From Eledone cirrhosa (taxonomy: Eukaryota), in NCBI GenBank assembly GCA_964016885.1, contig OZ024741.1:343604001-343668000 (forward strand): 64,000 nt of DNA, given 5' to 3'. The stretch's first letter is position 1; every line of letters starts with the position of its first letter. A program made the translations under genes and the position numbers. Shown here one piece after another: positions 43,020-55,991 of this stretch. A model generated the notes under the pieces. The model was not told the origin of the DNA and made no database searches. It saw only the letters and a list, made by a program, of their open reading frames with translations.

Positions 43020-43270
43020 ATATTTTTAAAGTGGGGAAAGACTGTGTACTGGGCCAATCCCACTCTCTGAGCGACAGAAGCTATAACCCGAAAAGAAGAA
43101 AAGATCAACATCATCGGTAACTACTGAGCCGCAGGTTTCATGTCGGAGTTAACCCAGTTTCCTGAGTTGCCTTCTCCTAGAAGAATGCTCTGACAAGGGC
43201 TAGGGGTTCTTCACTCCTAGTGGTTTAACTGCGCGATCGGGTATCCAGCCTAACAATTTCTATGTCCCTG
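43020..43270 (-). mobile_element. Diverged RTE 5' UTR-derived fragment
   Basis: CCCACTCTCT, TCAACATCAT.GG and CCTTCTCCTAGAA...GGCTAGGGGT are shared with the 43960-47810 family. Confidence 0.5.
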
Positions 43271-43548
43271 CGGATAAAAAGAAAAAAAAACTCACTTATT
43301 GACACTTATACGTACGACATACACACATGCGCACATACACACATACATACGCGCGCACACACCAACACTCATACATACAGACAAACACACACACACTACT
43401 CACTTACACACACACACACATATATATATATATTACCGTCATTACTGATACAAGATTACATACATACATACATTACATACATACATATGTACATACATAC
43501 ATACATACATACATACATACATACATACATACATACATACATACATAC

Positions 43549-46452
43549 ATGGTGGCTGCCAACTATTTTCGAGTACGGCCACTTCTTTATATTCATGTAG
43601 CAGAACCCCTACCAATGCGCTGAACGAGTGTGACTTTTTAGTCCAGCCAGCGACTTGAAAACTCTGGTACAAACACTACACTTGTGACAATTATTGACAC
43701 ATAGTGCTGGGCCCATGGTACCATGTGACGACAAGTGCAGAGAGATCTCCAGATATAAAGCAATGCCTGTGCCGTGAAGATTCATGGTGAGCAAAGGCAC
43801 TGCACATATACATACATACATACTTATATACATACATACTTACATACATAAATGCATACATATATACATACATATATACATACTTATATATACATACTTA
43901 TATATACATACTTATATATACATACTTATATATACATACTTATATATACATACTTATATATGGTGGCTGCCAACTCGTTTTCGAGTACGGCCAATACTTT
44001 ATATCCATGTAGGAGAAACCCTACCGATGCGCTGAACGAGTGTGACTTTTTAGTCCTGCCAGCGACTTGAAAACTCTGGTACAAACACTGCACTTGTGAC
44101 AATTATTGATACAGTGCTAGGCCCATGGTACCATGTGACGACAAGTGCAGAGAGATCTCCAGATATAAAACAATGCCTGTGCCGTGAAGCTTTTATAGTG
44201 AGCAAAGGCACTGCACAAAGCCAGTCCCACTCTCTTAACCAAGATGATATGTACCAAAAAGAAAAACAAGTCAACATCATTGGATACCATCAGGGTTGCA
44301 GGTGTTATATCAGAGTTTTCCTTCTCCTAGAATTCAGCCTTGACAAAGGCTAAGGGGTCATCTCTCCCGGTGATTTTGGATGGCCATTGACTCTTAAGAG
44401 CTCCTTTGCCCTTTGACAGGTTTTGTTTTTAGTCCTGCAGGATGTCCAAAGAAACCTGTATCCCAGTACAACCTGTCTCATGGTCGGGTCGTTGGCGACT
44501 AAATTGGCAACCCCACATACTTATATATACATACTTACATACATACTTACATACATACATACATATATACATACATCAATTTCCACATCAACAGTGACAT
44601 AGACCGCCTTTACTTGACACGTAAGCAGGGAGGCAGAGGCCTAACATCAGTCCAGACAACATTTGAAATTCGCATCATATCTCTCCGACAACATCTACGA
44701 ACCTCGACGCGTAGGAGCCCGCTTCTCGAGCAAGTCTATCTGCATGAAACAAATAAGATAAAGAGAGATGAGAAGGAACTCCTTGAGAGATATTCCCTGT
44801 GTGATAATCAAAAACTCACACCCAGGGATATCGCTCAGCAGTATCGCAGTGAATTCATGGATGAAAAGCTGCATGCCTATCAGCAAAAAATCATGCATGG
44901 ATATGTTGCCAGGAAGCTCCAGAGTGAGAGTAATATAGATAAGGAAAGTAGTCTATCTTGGACCAACAACCGCTATATTGGTTCCCACTTTGAAGGATAC
45001 GCTTTTGCAATCCAGGAACAGGAGATTAGCACGAAATACCTGATTCACAAAAGAGATAGTGATGCAGGCAAAACACCTAGATGTGATAACAAGTGCAGAC
45101 TCTGCAGAACTAATATCGAGGATATCATCCATGTCATCAGCACCTGCCCAAAGATGTCATCGCGGTAGTATCTACCTATGAGGCATGATGTAGTGAACAA
45201 AATACTGTACAATGCAGTTCGTGAAAAAGATAGCCCCGATAATAAACACATTAAAAGCTAAAACAATGCGGAAGACATCTATGTACATAAAATGAAAGAG
45301 TACTGGTGGTATGTTCCAGTAAAAACCCCAATAAAATGCAGGCATAACAGACCAGATATTATGATATGGGACAGGGAGAAGAAAACATGCACAGTAGTGG
45401 AGGTTAGCTGTCCAGCAGATGCCAATATAATATCAAAGATTAGTGAAAAGGAGAATATTTATGCAGAACTGATGAGAAATCTGCAGATACTCCACCCTGA
45501 TTATACCTTCAGATTTATGCCTGTGATTATTGGGGCACTGGGATATGTTAGTAACTGCCTCAATACAAATCTTGAGAAGCTAGGCTTCGCAGGAACAGAA
45601 AGAACACAACTAGTTAGGAAACTACAAGTACAATCCATTAATGGAACAGTAAAAATATGTAAAACATTCCAAATATTTTGCATCTAATAACTGCATATAC
45701 ACATGTACAGACACAAAGCATATACACATGCACACATACAACTCAAAATATACACATCCACACATACAATAACATCCATATGTACACATGCATGCATACA
45801 TACATATCTACCTAGTTGATGTTGTGTAAATTCCAATGAGAGAGTCTTGTGTCTATGTTAGAAACCGACTCTCTCTCTTTTGGTAAAACTTTGTGAAATT
45901 ATAAAACCAGAAGAACATACTTACATACATACATGCATACATGGTGGCTGCCAACTCGTTTTCAAGTACGGCCACTACTTTATATCCATGTAGGAGAACC
46001 CCTACCGATGCGCTGAACGAGTGTGACTTTTTAGTCCAGCCAGCGACTTGAAAACTCTGGTACAAACACTACACTTGTGACAATTATTGACACATAGTGC
46101 TGGGCCCATGGTACCATGTGACGACAAGTGTAGAGAGATCTCCAGATATAAAGCAATGCCTGTGCCGTGAAGCTTTTATAGTGAGCAAAGGCACTGCACA
46201 AAGCCAGTCCCACTCTCTTAACCAAGATGATATTTACCAAAAAGAAGAACAAGTCAACATCATTGGATACCATCAGAGTTGCAGGTGTTATATCAGAGTT
46301 TTCCTTCTCCTAGAATTCTGCCTTGAGAAAGGCTAAGGGGTCATCTCTCCCGGTGATTTTGGATGGCCATTGACTCTTAAGAGCTCCTTTGCCCTTTGCA
46401 TGTATGTATGTATGTATGCATACATACATACATACATACATACATACATACA

Positions 46453-46486
<34 letters not shown>

Positions 46487-47810
46487 CATGGTGGCTGCCA
46501 ACTCGTTTTCGAGTACGGTCACTACTTTATATCCATGTAGGAGAACCTCTACCGATGCGCTGAACGAGTGTGACTTTTTAGTCCAGCCTGTGACTTGAAA
46601 ACTCTGGTATAAACACTACACTTGTGACAATTATTGACACATAGTGCTATGGTACCATGTGCCGACAAGTGCAGAGAGATCTCCAGATATAAAGCAATGC
46701 CTGTGCCGTGAAGCTTTTATAGTGAGCAAAGGCACTGCACAAAGCCGGTCCCACTCTCTTAACCAAGATGATATTTACCAAAAGGAAGAACAAGTCAACA
46801 TCATTGGATACCATCAGCGTTGCAGGTGTTACATCAGAGTTTTCCTTCTACTAGAATTCTGCCTTGACAAAGGCTAAGGGGTCATCTCTCCCGGTGATTT
46901 TCAGTTGGCCCTTTGACAGGTTTTGTTTTTAGTCCTGCAGGATGTCCAAAGTCACCCTCCTCAACAAGAAACCTTGGTGGGGTTGCCAGTTTAGTTACCA
47001 ACGACCCGACCATCAGACAGGTTGGACTGGGATACATGTTACCAGTAGCACCAACTGTTGACGTGACATATATACATACATACTTACATACATACATACA
47101 TATATACAAACATACTTACATACATACTTACATACATACATATATACATACATACATACATACATACATACATACATACATACATACATACATACATACA
47201 TACATGGTGGCTGCCAACTCGTTTTCGAGTACGGCCACTACTTTATATCCATGTAGGAGAACCCCTACCGTTGCGCTGAACGAGTGTGACTTTTAGTCCA
47301 GCCAGCGACTTGAAAACTCTGGTACAAACACTACACTTGTGACAATCATTGACACATAGTGCTGGATCTATGGTACCATGTGACGACAAGTGCAGAGAGG
47401 TCTCCTGATTTAAAGCAATGCCTGTGCCGTGAAGCTTTTATAGTGAGCAAAGCACTGCACAAAGCCAGTCCCACTCTCTTAACCAAGATGATATTTATCA
47501 AAAAGAAGAACAAGTCAACATCATTGGATACCATCAGGGTTGCAGGTGTTATATAAGAGTTTTCCTTCTCCTAGAATTCTGACTTGACAAAGGCTAAGGG
47601 GTCATCTCTCCCGGTGATTTTGGATGGCCATTGACTCTTAAGAGCTCCTTTGCCCTTTGACAGGTTTTGTTTTTAGTCCTGCAGGATGTCCAAAGTCACC
47701 CTCCTCACCAAGAAACCTTGGTGGGGTTGCCAGTTTAGTCGCCAACGACCCGACCATGAGACAGGTTGTACTGGGATACATGTTACCAGTAGCACCAACT
47801 GGTGACCTGA
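43549..47810 (-). mobile_element. Cluster of five non-autonomous RTE-derived elements (~600 bp) in (TACA)n
   Basis: Copies at ~43549-43807, 43960-44516, 45941-46398, 46488-47066 and 47204-47810; RTE-like CTAGGAGAAGGAAAACTCTGA; 3' C2H2 remnant ([17 protein letters not shown]); (ATGT)n tails. Confidence 0.75.
44578..45915 (+). mobile_element. 3' portion of an R4/Dong-like LINE in (TACA)n
   Basis: DRLY.TRKQGGRGL, AIQEQ, CRLC...HVISTC, RHD, HNRPD, VEVSCP, KE..Y; 3' UTR ends in TACA repeats. Confidence 0.85.
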
Positions 47811-47843
47811 CATACATTGATACATACATACATACATACATAC

Positions 47844-47874
<31 letters not shown>

Positions 47875-47906
47875 CATACATACATACATACATACATACA
47901 TACATA

Positions 47907-50105
47907 ATCAGTCAACGCGATCAGTCGCATATTGTGGCGTGGGAGACTATTTATTTAATTTAAGATGAATATTATCTCCGACAGTAATGCCACAACTACA
48001 GCCAGGTTGAATAACTTGTTATTCTTCTAACTATCCCTTCTGAAGACACCTTTTATTCGAATTCGTAGAGATATCCGACTAAATACATAATTCAATTTAC
48101 AAGGATTTGCTACAAACAGCATGGCTGAACACAACATCAACAACAAAATTAAGGAAGTATCGAAGTCAAATAACAAAGAAGGTAATCAAACTTTATTCAG
48201 TTGTAGCTACAGAAGAAACCGAAATTATAAATCGCATTTCTCTTGGAGTTACGAACTTAATGATGATTTATTTAATTGTTATAAAATGGCAAAAAACAAT
48301 CCCTCCATTGGCTATATGAATAGAATAAAGCTACACTGGGACGAAATGGACCCAGAGCTAAATTATTTCACAGCGAAACAATTACGCCAACAAGCGACGT
48401 TTGTTGAACGTAAAAATAAGATATATATTATTAATTTTAAGTCCCCCACAACAAACATGGAATCAACAACACGTGCTACAGGTCGCCATGCTACTAGACT
48501 TCCTAGCAGCCAGGTCGAACAGCGCCTTGAAACAACTATGCCCGTAAGAAACTTGACACCACCTGTACCATCTAAGTCTACCTCGAATGCTGGGGAAAAC
48601 ACTATCGATAATAATAATAATCGAAGAAATAATAATAATAATCGAATAAATGTGACACCACGTATACCATCAGAGTCTACCTCGATGGTAGTGGAAAATA
48701 CTATCGATAATGATAATCAAAATTATAAACAATTGAAAATTTCCCTCAACGAAATCTTCCAGAGAGAAATTAACTCATGTATAAATATCTCTCTTGCTGA
48801 ACGTGTTGAAATGACAATGGTGAATAAAAAACCAAATAATGAAATACTACGTGCTATTGACGAAATAGGGGATGAATATTTACGACGGATAAAAACCCCA
48901 ACATTTTGGCAAATCAACGCCTGTTTATATGCCCTAGCAACGACAGTGAAGCATTATCTTGGTGATAGCAGAGAAATTAACACGAACAAAACACCACCAA
49001 AAATACCATCATATATAACTAAAATAGAAAAAAAAGAGTGCTGACCTACGAAAAAACATAGGACATGTGACAATGCTCCTTACATGCAAACAAACACAAC
49101 AAAACCTCATTCCTCACCAACAAAGAGTGAAAAATAAAATAGAGACGATGTTTGGTAACAGTAGAACCAGAACTCACCAATATAAGCTGATCACCCTAAA
49201 ACAAGAATTGAGAGCTGTTAGAGAAAAACGCCGATACCTGAAGAAGGTAGACGAGAGAAAAATGCTTAATAAAAGATTCAGACGAAACCAAACATCAGTC
49301 TATAGAGATATGAAGGGCAAAATAATAAGTGTCACTGAGGCCCCATCCCAGAAAGACATAGATTCCTTTTGGAGAAAAATATGGGGTGAAAAGAAGAATT
49401 TCAACCAAGATGGAGTCTGGCTAAGAGAAACCGAAAGAACTATTGCTCCTACACTACAACAAAAACATACGAAATAAGTGAGGGTACCCTTGAGACTAGA
49501 AAACTCCAAGATAAGAAAACACCAGGAAGAGAAATGATTGTCGGCTACTGGTACAAGAACTAATATTCTATCGGAGGTATCTTACTGACCTCTACCAACA
49601 AGTTCTTAAGGGAGATACACTTATACCAGAATGGTTGACATTAGCACAAACGTTACTGGTCCCCAAGAACAAAGACACCCACTTGGCAAAAAACTACCGA
49701 CCCATTGCATGCCAGAACCTGATGTATAAGATGTATACAGCCTGCCTGAACCTATTCCTCCAAGATCACTGTGAAAATAATAACATCATCACAGATGAAC
49801 AAACAGCTGGAAAGAAAAGGGTTTGGGGATGTGCTGAACAACTCCTAATCAACAAAACTGCGATGTCGGAGGTGCGACAACTTAGGAGGAATATGACTGC
49901 ACTCTGGCTGGACTACAGGAAAGCTTTCGATTCTGTTCCCCAATCTTGGATGATAGAGGCCCTCCAGCTTGCTAAACTCCCAGACATTATTGTCAGAGCC
50001 ATAGAGAAGCTGTCTTCTTCTTGGGCTACTATCCTAAGGTTAAAGACAGAGAGGGAGGACTCTATTTTCACTGATAAAATAAAATATTGCAGGGGTATAT
50101 TTCAG
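47907..50105 (+). mobile_element. 5' portion of an R4/Dong-like LINE (N-terminus and RT motifs 0-4), frameshifted and 3'-truncated
   Basis: ORF from 48121; FWRKIW, KNYRPIAC, EQLLINK, WLDYRKAFDSVP, RGIFQ; starts directly after (TACA)n. Confidence 0.8.
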
Positions 50106-50107
50106 AA

Positions 50108-50170
50108 TAGAATTCACAAACTGACAATAGTGAAACCAACGCTCTAACTTCTAAGCCACACGCCTCCACA
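50108..50170 (-). mobile_element. tRNA-derived SINE head
   Basis: GGAGGCGTGTGGCTTAGAAGTTAGAG (A-box-like), similar to 54620. Confidence 0.5.
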
Positions 50171-50329
50171 AAGATAATGAAGGATACGCAAAATATAAAA
50201 GAAATAGGTGTAGAATGTACTTATCTGCTGTTGGTTTAGTAAATGTTTACTTCGACTGGACTCGGTGGTATATATTACAAATATTTACTTATTTTTTAAT
50301 AAATATCTTCTCTGTAAACGTTTATATGT

Positions 50330-50900
50330 TGAATTCCGAATTTCTATTTGTTACGTCCTGTATAAATAGTATCTCATACTTTTTTAATGTACATAAAAGG
50401 GATGATTTCTTAAATTTGTATGGCTTAATTCTTGATATCTTGCAAGTGATTTTAAACTGTGTGTTGTTTTTAAGTTGCTACACGTATATCTTTAGTGGCA
50501 TAATTTCTATTATTGTGGTTAAATGAAGACAAATGTTGGTAGTAAGTAGTGTTTTTGAACGAGAAGACGAATCGGTACTCACGGTAGCATTAACCACCAA
50601 GTCTTTTGATCAAGAATACACTGCTATTATTACGATTGTAATTACGTGAGAATCTCTTATTGTTTAGATGAGTGTTTTCTTTACTTGTCTATGGTTATTG
50701 ATGAAATTGTCTCTCTAAAAGCTTGAGTGATCAAGCACGGATATTTAACGTTTGTTTGGCTGTTGAGCAATTTGTAGCATTCGTGGGGTTTAGGAATGTT
50801 ATAATCAAAGAAGCTAAAGAATGTTTGTTTTTTCTATTCATGTAGAGACTTATATATTGAAAGAGGTAGGGTGGTGGTTTTCATAATAGCTGATATTTTT
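50330..50900 (-). pseudogene. Highly degenerate PLE endonuclease region
   Basis: Broken-frame remnants HLSSFNH, LKNNTQFKIT, KPY and LCTLKKYEILF resemble the EN end of families A and C. Confidence 0.45.
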
Positions 50901-51179
50901 CAGTTCTACTTTATGTTCAAAGGAGTAATTGTATGATGTATATAAGGGAGTTATTCCTCAGCCACTATTCAATACTTCTATTTTGGTAACTCAATAATAT
51001 CAGCGAAATTTCGAGGTAAAGACATACTTCACAACAATTATTCATGCACAGGTATGTATATATACACAAATATATATATTCCTACACACACACACATATA
51101 TATATATAATGTTTTTTTTTGTCTCTAAGAATTTAAACCTTAAACAGTAACTTGCTGACTAGAATATTTGTGTATTGTT

Positions 51180-51220
<41 letters not shown>

Positions 51221-51408
51221 ATATATACATATGTGTGTGTGTGTGTGTGTGTGTATAAGAAGATGAGTATTGACGTATTCACGTCTCACCAACCCTCATC
51301 TTTGGTTTGCCAGACCAATGTGGTAGCATTACACCAACACGCCACCTATGGTTCCTTCCATTCAATTAGAAGCTATACAGCCATAGTAGGTATATATATA
51401 TGTATATA

Positions 51409-51580
51409 GATAGGGAAACACAAAGCATGTTTTGTTTACACACGGCTAGCGAATTTGAAAATTAGGTAGTAACATGTGCTTATCCGTATTTGACTACCAA
51501 ATACGGCATAAGTACATGTTACTACCTAATTTTCAAATTCGCTAGCCGTTTGTAGACAAAATCTGCTTTGTGTCTCCCTA
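51409..51580. repeat. ~170-bp imperfect palindrome in (TA)n
   Basis: Arms meet at TATTTG-ACTAC-CAAATA near 51493; no HHR core recognised. Confidence 0.85.
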
Positions 51581-51649
51581 TTTATATATATATACATATA
51601 TATATACGGGGAGGGGGGGGGCGTGTGTGTGCGTGTGTGTATGTGTGTA

Positions 51650-51830
51650 TCCATATACGGAGTGGATAACCGAGGTAGCACTAATGTGTATACAAATATA
51701 CATATTATGTAATATATAGACAGAAAAACATATCAGAAATTACGAATATCCCTGTAAATTGAAAACATGACAAATACCTTTTAATCGATTTTCGGACCTA
51801 GTTTGATCTTTATCAGAAGGTGTGTATATC
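51650..51830 (-). mobile_element. PLE pLTR remnant with a variant hammerhead (51777-51820)
   Basis: CCTT-CTGATAA-AGATCAAACTAGGTCC-GAAA-ATCGAT-TA-AAAGG. Confidence 0.55.
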
Positions 51831-52251
51831 ATATAAAACACTACAAGGACACACACATTTAATAAATTTATAGGTCCATTCGTTCATAGTAGTTTTCTGA
51901 AATAGACGCACTAATTTGCATATAATTAGCGCTCGGGTTGATAGTAAACTAAGATATATATTTAGAAGAGCTCCAAATACCGGAAGTGTACGATAAGTTT
52001 ATATATGTATATATACTGAGTGGGTAAATGAGACTGCCCCAATGTGTATATAAGTATTGAAATGTAAACATACCAGAAATAGGAATTTCACTTTGAATAA
52101 AATCTTAAACACCTTCATCGATCGATGTATATATCAGGGAAATTCGTATTTCTGCCGTGTTTAAATTTCAGAAAACTAATATGAGCAAATGGGCCTTTAA
52201 GCCCATCAAATCCTCTTTTCCTTGTGGTTCTTTAGATGATATACACTTCGG

Positions 52252-52329
<78 letters not shown>

Positions 52330-52349
52330 ATATATATATATATATATAT

Positions 52350-52601
52350 AAATAATTACAACAGTGACATAAACAGTTACTCAAGTTTCGTTGGGTACTG
52401 GGCCCCAATTCATTTAGCCCATCTTGAGAAAAATAAAAACAAAGATGAATATTTTTCATGACAGGCTGAATGATTTGAGGCCCACAACCCAACGAAACTT
52501 GAGTACCTGTTTATGACACTGTTGTAATTATTTATTCTAAACTCGTCCAATGGACTGAGTGCTCTTACTCTTGGATATTTCTACTTAACCTTTACTTCAG
52601 T
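52350..52601 (+). mobile_element. Short PLE fold-back element with hammerhead (52461-52510) and tail
   Basis: Inverted repeat 52350-52415/52465-52534; ACAGG-CTGAATGA-...-GAAA-CTTGAG-TA-CCTGT; tail hairpin ACTCGTCCAATGGACTGAGTGCTC. Confidence 0.75.
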
Positions 52602-52604
52602 ATA

Positions 52605-52664
<60 letters not shown>

Positions 52665-52670
<6 letters not shown>

Positions 52671-53430
52671 ATACTTGGGAAGGGTCATATTTGTGTAATA
52701 TTGCCAGAATTAATAACAGAACACACTCACTGTTTGGTTGGTTTTCGCTTCTCGCTTCTGTGTCTTTTATATCGGTAATCTAACTTACTCGGTCCTCAAT
52801 GTTGCCATTGACTGACCGACGGTCAAAAATAGAAATTAGAATAATATCTAAACATAGAAATGACCCAGCAGATAGGCAAATCAGAGAGGCCAGTGAAATA
52901 GAAATTAGAAGACCAAGACTAAACAGAAAGAATGAATGGAATAACAACAACACCCAAACAAACAACACTGACCTAAGAGAAGTATAAATAAGTAAATAAA
53001 ATAAAATAAATAAATAAATAAATAAATACATACACAAGTACAATAACAACAAGCACATAAACACACACTAGTCACCCATCACACAGCAAACAAAAGACTA
53101 TACACACACGCAAACGCATGCGCAGAGAAGACAAAATAAAATAAACAAACAAGCAAATAAATAAATAAATATATAGAGACACAAACACATATATATAGTT
53201 TATCAAACGAAAGAACTTTGATAAACTATATATATGTGTTTGTGTCTATATTGTATCTGTATTATTTTTTACCATTGGTCATTCAATGGCAACATTGAGG
53301 ACCGAATAAATTAGATTACCGATATAAAAGACACAGAAGCGAAAAGCGAAAACCAACCAAACAGTGAGTGTGTTCTGTTATTAATTCTGGCAATATTACA
53401 CAAATATGACCCTCCCGAAGTATAACAATA
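52665..53430 (+). mobile_element. 5'-truncated Nematis-like PLE with inverted pLTR
   Basis: Inverted repeat 52665-52830/53265-53430; EN C-terminus KIEIRIISKH..RQIREA..RPRLNRKNEWN at 52826-52945; terminus ATGACCCTCCC.AAGTATAAC shared with 60877-60898. Confidence 0.7.
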
Positions 53431-53487
53431 TATATTTATATATATATATACATATATATACATACATATACATATATATATATATGG

Positions 53488-53886
53488 TATTTTTCAAGAT
53501 ATTAAACAAATTTAATTAATGACTCTAAGTGAATTATTTGTCTAATCAGTTAGTTTTTCAAATATCTATTGCAATGCTGTAGATATACAATCATTTTCCT
53601 TGTGAATAGAACTAAATCGTTTCTAATTTTTGCATAAGGCCAGGAAATCTTGGAAAGGTAAAGTTGATTATATCGACACCGGTATAATTAGTTGGATCGA
53701 TATAATCAACTTTACCTTTCCAAGAATTCCTGGCCTTATGCAAAAATTAGAAACGATGTAGTTCTATTCACAAGGAAAATGATTTTATACCTACATCACT
53801 GCAATAGATATTTGAAAAACTAACTGATTAGACAAATAATTCACTTAGAATAATTAATTAAATTTGTTTAATATCTTGAAAAATAG
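53488..53886. repeat. ~400-bp inverted duplication containing a SINE 3' end and unique DNA
   Basis: Arms 53488-53677/53697-53886 with a ~20-bp spacer; abuts (TA)n on the left. Confidence 0.85.
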
Positions 53887-54617
53887 CATGTTTTTCCAGA
53901 AAATAATAAGAAGAAACATTAAAGCAATTTTTTTTAATTTCAAGTTTTATATTTGTTTATTTTCGGCGGATTTTTGTGAAATTTAAATTGAAACTTCTTT
54001 TGAATTAATTGGATGCAACAATTCTGAGTGGATCAACATTGCAAGATAAACTAAAGATTGACAACATGTCTTTTTTTTATATGCAACTTATCAGAATTTA
54101 GTCAATTTATGTGATTATATTTATACCAGGCATAGCTGCTAGTTTAATATAAATCCCAAACCTGACATAGATAAGAAAAAAAACAAGCAACAGAAAGAAA
54201 CAAAATACCTGATCCCCAACGGAAATTGGACAGCGAAAATATCAATGTCCAAGTGACCCTGTTACTAGTTATACCATGTAAGGCTTCTCGCAACTCTAAT
54301 AATGGTTTAACGACATAATCTACCGCGTTTAAGTTTATTATTCGCCAATTATGGGATAGTTAAAATAAGTATTCATTAAATATTTTGTTTGAATTCAAAA
54401 TTTTTCTAAGTTTTCTGAAAATGTAGATTTATTTCAATCAAGTGTTTTCTCCGTGTAGCTGTTAGTTTTGACATTACATCTCGTTGTACTACCTCTTATC
54501 TTTTCTGACACTTTTCTACATTGACGTGCATATTTGTCCTCATCATGGTGATTTAAGCATAAAATGAGTATACAAACAAGCTACCATTTAGTTTGGTACA
54601 TGTTTTTAAATGAATAT

Positions 54618-54745
54618 AGGTGGCGTGTGGCTGAGTAGTTAGAGAATTGGATTTTCAATCGTGAGTTTGTGAGTTCGATTCCCTGAGCGGGTGATACGTT
54701 ATGTTCTTGAGCAAGACACTTTATTTCAGGTTGCTCCTTCTACCT
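54618..54745 (+). mobile_element. tRNA-derived SINE
   Basis: A-box-like TGGCTGAGTAG, B-box-like GAGTTCGATTCC, core GTTCTTGAGCAAGACACTT. Confidence 0.7.
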
Positions 54746-54794
54746 GGAGTTGCGACCGATAGAGAGCATTAGCAATTGGAAAGACCAGTCAGCA

Positions 54795-54900
54795 ATTACC
54801 CCAGTGCATTACTGGTACTTTATTTTATCGACCCCGTAAGGATGAAAGGCAAAGTTAACCTCGGCGGGATTTGAACCCAGTTCATAAAGGGCCGTAACTC
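54795..54900 (-). mobile_element. SINE fragment
   Basis: Same family as 3995-4110. Confidence 0.65.
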
Positions 54901-55922
54901 TATACTGTAAAGCATGGCATCAGACAGATTAACTTCGCCTACAAGGGGACTTGAAACCACAACCCTCTGATCTCTCTTAAAATAATTGTTTCTGCTTTTT
55001 GGCACAAGGACAGCAACTACCCAGTACATACCCTGTGGTCAGACATAGAAGGGAAATAGGCTCCGCCAGATTATTAAAATACCCCAGGAATGCCATATGT
55101 CACGACGGCGCACAACTCCATCAAATGATATAGATTAAAGAAACAACGACAGAAATTTAAACGAATATCTTAACATAATATATTTGAAGACATTTCAGTT
55201 TGATGACGTTGGAGACAAAATTAATTTAAGAAAAAGAAAGACAAAATGTCGGAAGTATTTACGTATGAAATCATTGCATACTAAAGCGAAGTGATAGCTC
55301 AGAAAATTATAATTGCTAAATATAATGAATTATAAATATTTAAGTTTCAAATGGAATCGTTTAAATAGTTTATTTGTATAGAAAAATGTTGTACACTGCT
55401 TCTAGGTTACTATGGTAATAAAACATGTACTTTTATAAAAAGGAGAGATAACAGGATAGACGAAGAGGCGACAGAAGATTTATACATGTAAAAAACATTG
55501 AAGCAAAATATATTTGGCAGTTTTTACTATTGACCTACATCCAACCATTGAGATTGAGGTTTTTAGTTCTTCTTATTACAAATATATGATTTTCGGCACG
55601 ATAAACTTCGGAATCCGAGGCTGATGGTATGGGATCACATAGTAGAAAACGAGAGTTCCTAGAAGAAGAAGTCCAGGAATTTAATTAGCACTGAGGAGTT
55701 ACGAAATAGACATTTCGAACATTGAATATTATTCTGAGAGATAGTTAAATAATATATAGAGTTAAAGTAAAGGAAGGGTGTGGATATAAGGTATGAAGAG
55801 AGATAGTAGAAACGGCGATACGACAGGGTGTGGGTAATATACAAGATGAACGGTGGTAGAAATAGAGAATAGTCTAGGAGTATAATATATCTAAAGTTAT
55901 TTGTAATGTGAGGTTCTGTGAG

Positions 55923-55984
<62 letters not shown>

Positions 55985-55991
<7 letters not shown>

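Noticed and set aside
43549-47810. Regularly recurring repeats as a CRISPR-like array or satellite
   Set aside because: The units are long, variably truncated retroposon copies separated by microsatellite, in a eukaryotic context with no cas genes.
47640-47812. Possible HDV-like ribozyme at the 5' end of the RTE derivative (GGTCACC/GGTGACT pairing, GTCG-TTGG-CGAC-TAA hairpin)
   Set aside because: I could not assemble P3/L3/P1.1 in the correct order by eye; this needs an RNArobo or Infernal search.
48030-48080. CTGAAGA...GAAT in the 5' UTR of the R4-like element as a hammerhead
   Set aside because: No GAAA and poor stems.
55600-55850. Possible CR1/L2-type C-terminal remnant on the minus strand
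   Set aside because: Similarity is too faint to support.
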